24,000 nt of DNA from Nocardia globerula (GTDB lineage: Bacteria; Actinomycetota; Actinomycetes; Mycobacteriales; Mycobacteriaceae), in NCBI GenBank assembly GCA_008125105.1, contig VNIQ01000002.1, one strand, 5' to 3'. The notes below the pieces were generated by a model. It was not told the origin of the DNA, did not search any database, and saw only the letters and a list, made by a program, of their open reading frames with translations. This document shows positions 23,114 to 24,000 of the stretch, in pieces. The position numbers were made by a program, and so were the translations under genes. Numbering within the stretch: position 1 is the stretch's first letter; every line of letters starts with the position of its first letter.

Positions 23114-24000
23114 ATGCTGACGATCACCGCCCTCACTCCGCCCGAGTCGCCGGCCGCGACAGCGCAGTCCACGTCTGCCCCACTGCGCGTCGGCCTCGTC
23201 CAACATCGCTGGCACGAGGACCGCAGCGACCTCCACACCGAACTGAGCGAGGGCATCGCGGCCGCAGCCAAGCTGGGCGCTTCAGTGGTCTTCCTTCCGG
23301 AGCTGACGCTCAGCCGCTACCCGGCCTCCACCCCCGCCGGCGACAATCCCGGACGCGAAGCGGAAGACCTACTCACCGGACCCACGCTCGCCTTCGCAGC
23401 CAAGGCTGCCGCCGAGAACCAGGTCCTCGTTCATGCGTCGCTGTACGAGCGCAGCGAGGCCGAGGACGGACTGGGCTTCAACACCGCCATCCTCGTCTCG
23501 CCCGCCGGTGAACTTCTCGGGAGAACCCGCAAGCTCCACATTCCGGTGACCGCCGGGTACTACGAGGACACGTACTTCCGAGGAGGCCCGGCGCAGGACG
23601 CGTACCCCGTTCACGAGGCACTCGGCGCCAAGTTCGGACTCCCGACGTGCTGGGACGAGTGGTTCCCCGAGGTCGCGCGCGCTTACTCACTCGCCGGTGC
23701 ACAGGTCCTGGTGTACCCCACGGCGATCGGCTCGGAGCCCGATCACCCGAACTTCGACACCCAACCGCTGTGGCAGCAGGTAATCGTCGGAAACGGTATC
23801 GCGAACGGCACCTTCATGGTCGTCCCCAACCGGCACGGCAGCGAAGGCCTCATCACCTTCTACGGTTCGTCCTTCATCTCCGACCCATACGGACGCATCC
23901 TCGTTCAGGCGCCCCGTGACGAATCAGCTGTGCTGGTAGCCGATCTCGATCTTCAGCAGCGCGAGGACTGGCTTGCACTGTTCCCGTTCCTGGCCACTCG
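23114..24000 (+). CDS. aguB: Carbon-nitrogen hydrolase, N-carbamoylputrescine amidase-like (3' end beyond the window)
   Basis: Hand-translated open frame with no stop before the window end, so it is absent from the ORF track. It has the nitrilase-superfamily triad contexts FLPEL (Glu), RKLHIP (Lys) and TCWDEWFPE (Cys), plus PTAIGSEP, which is typical of AguB. A GAGGAA RBS is present. Confidence 0.8.
   Translation, partial: MLTITALTPPESPAATAQSTSAPLRVGLVQHRWHEDRSDLHTELSEGIAAAAKLGASVVFLPELTLSRYPASTPAGDNPGREAEDLLTGPTLAFAAKAAAENQVLVHASLYERSEAEDGLGFNTAILVSPAGELLGRTRKLHIPVTAGYYEDTYFRGGPAQDAYPVHEALGAKFGLPTCWDEWFPEVARAYSLAGAQVLVYPTAIGSEPDHPNFDTQPLWQQVIVGNGIANGTFMVVPNRHGSEGLITFYGSSFISDPYGRILVQAPRDESAVLVADLDLQQREDWLALFPFLAT

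Overview
High-GC actinobacterial chromosomal segment, probably Rhodococcus or another Nocardiaceae. This is an inference: gene order 68-10141 mirrors M. tuberculosis Rv0995-Rv0981 as I recall it, and the flavin amine oxidase resembles Rhodococcus putrescine oxidase. Contents from left to right follow. (1) Housekeeping block: rimJ-like GNAT, moeA, galU, 5-formyl-THF cyclo-ligase, a CIRCE-preceded zinc-ribbon chaperone (Ruc/FmdB family), a SAF/CpaB-like membrane protein and mscL. (2) Minus-strand envelope-stress operon mprA-mprB-pepD-moaB, with two nearly identical 8-N3-8 direct repeats (MprA-box architecture) and a possible 57-aa trailing ORF. (3) A zinc-starvation divergon: two Zur-box-like palindromes sit between rpmB-rpmG-rpsN-rpsR (+) and a Walker-A-less COG0523 protein-rpmE2-rpmF plus a UPF0126/TRIC membrane gene (-). 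All six ribosomal proteins are Cys-less paralogues. (4) An AEC transporter and a lipoprotein. (5) A polyamine catabolic cluster: putrescine oxidase, PucR regulator, aminoaldehyde dehydrogenase, tandem USP, APC permease, TetR regulator and an N-carbamoylputrescine amidase that runs off the window end. I found no rRNA, tRNA, CRISPR, transposase, integrase or recognisable defence genes, and I do not see a convincing wholly new multi-gene system. The least-explained items are the degenerate COG0523 protein and TRIC gene in the Zur divergon, a 50-nt perfect palindrome at 19838-19887, and the unannotated small ORF at 5578-5751. Most long ORFs in the six-frame track that overlap these genes are antisense or shadow-frame artefacts of high GC content.
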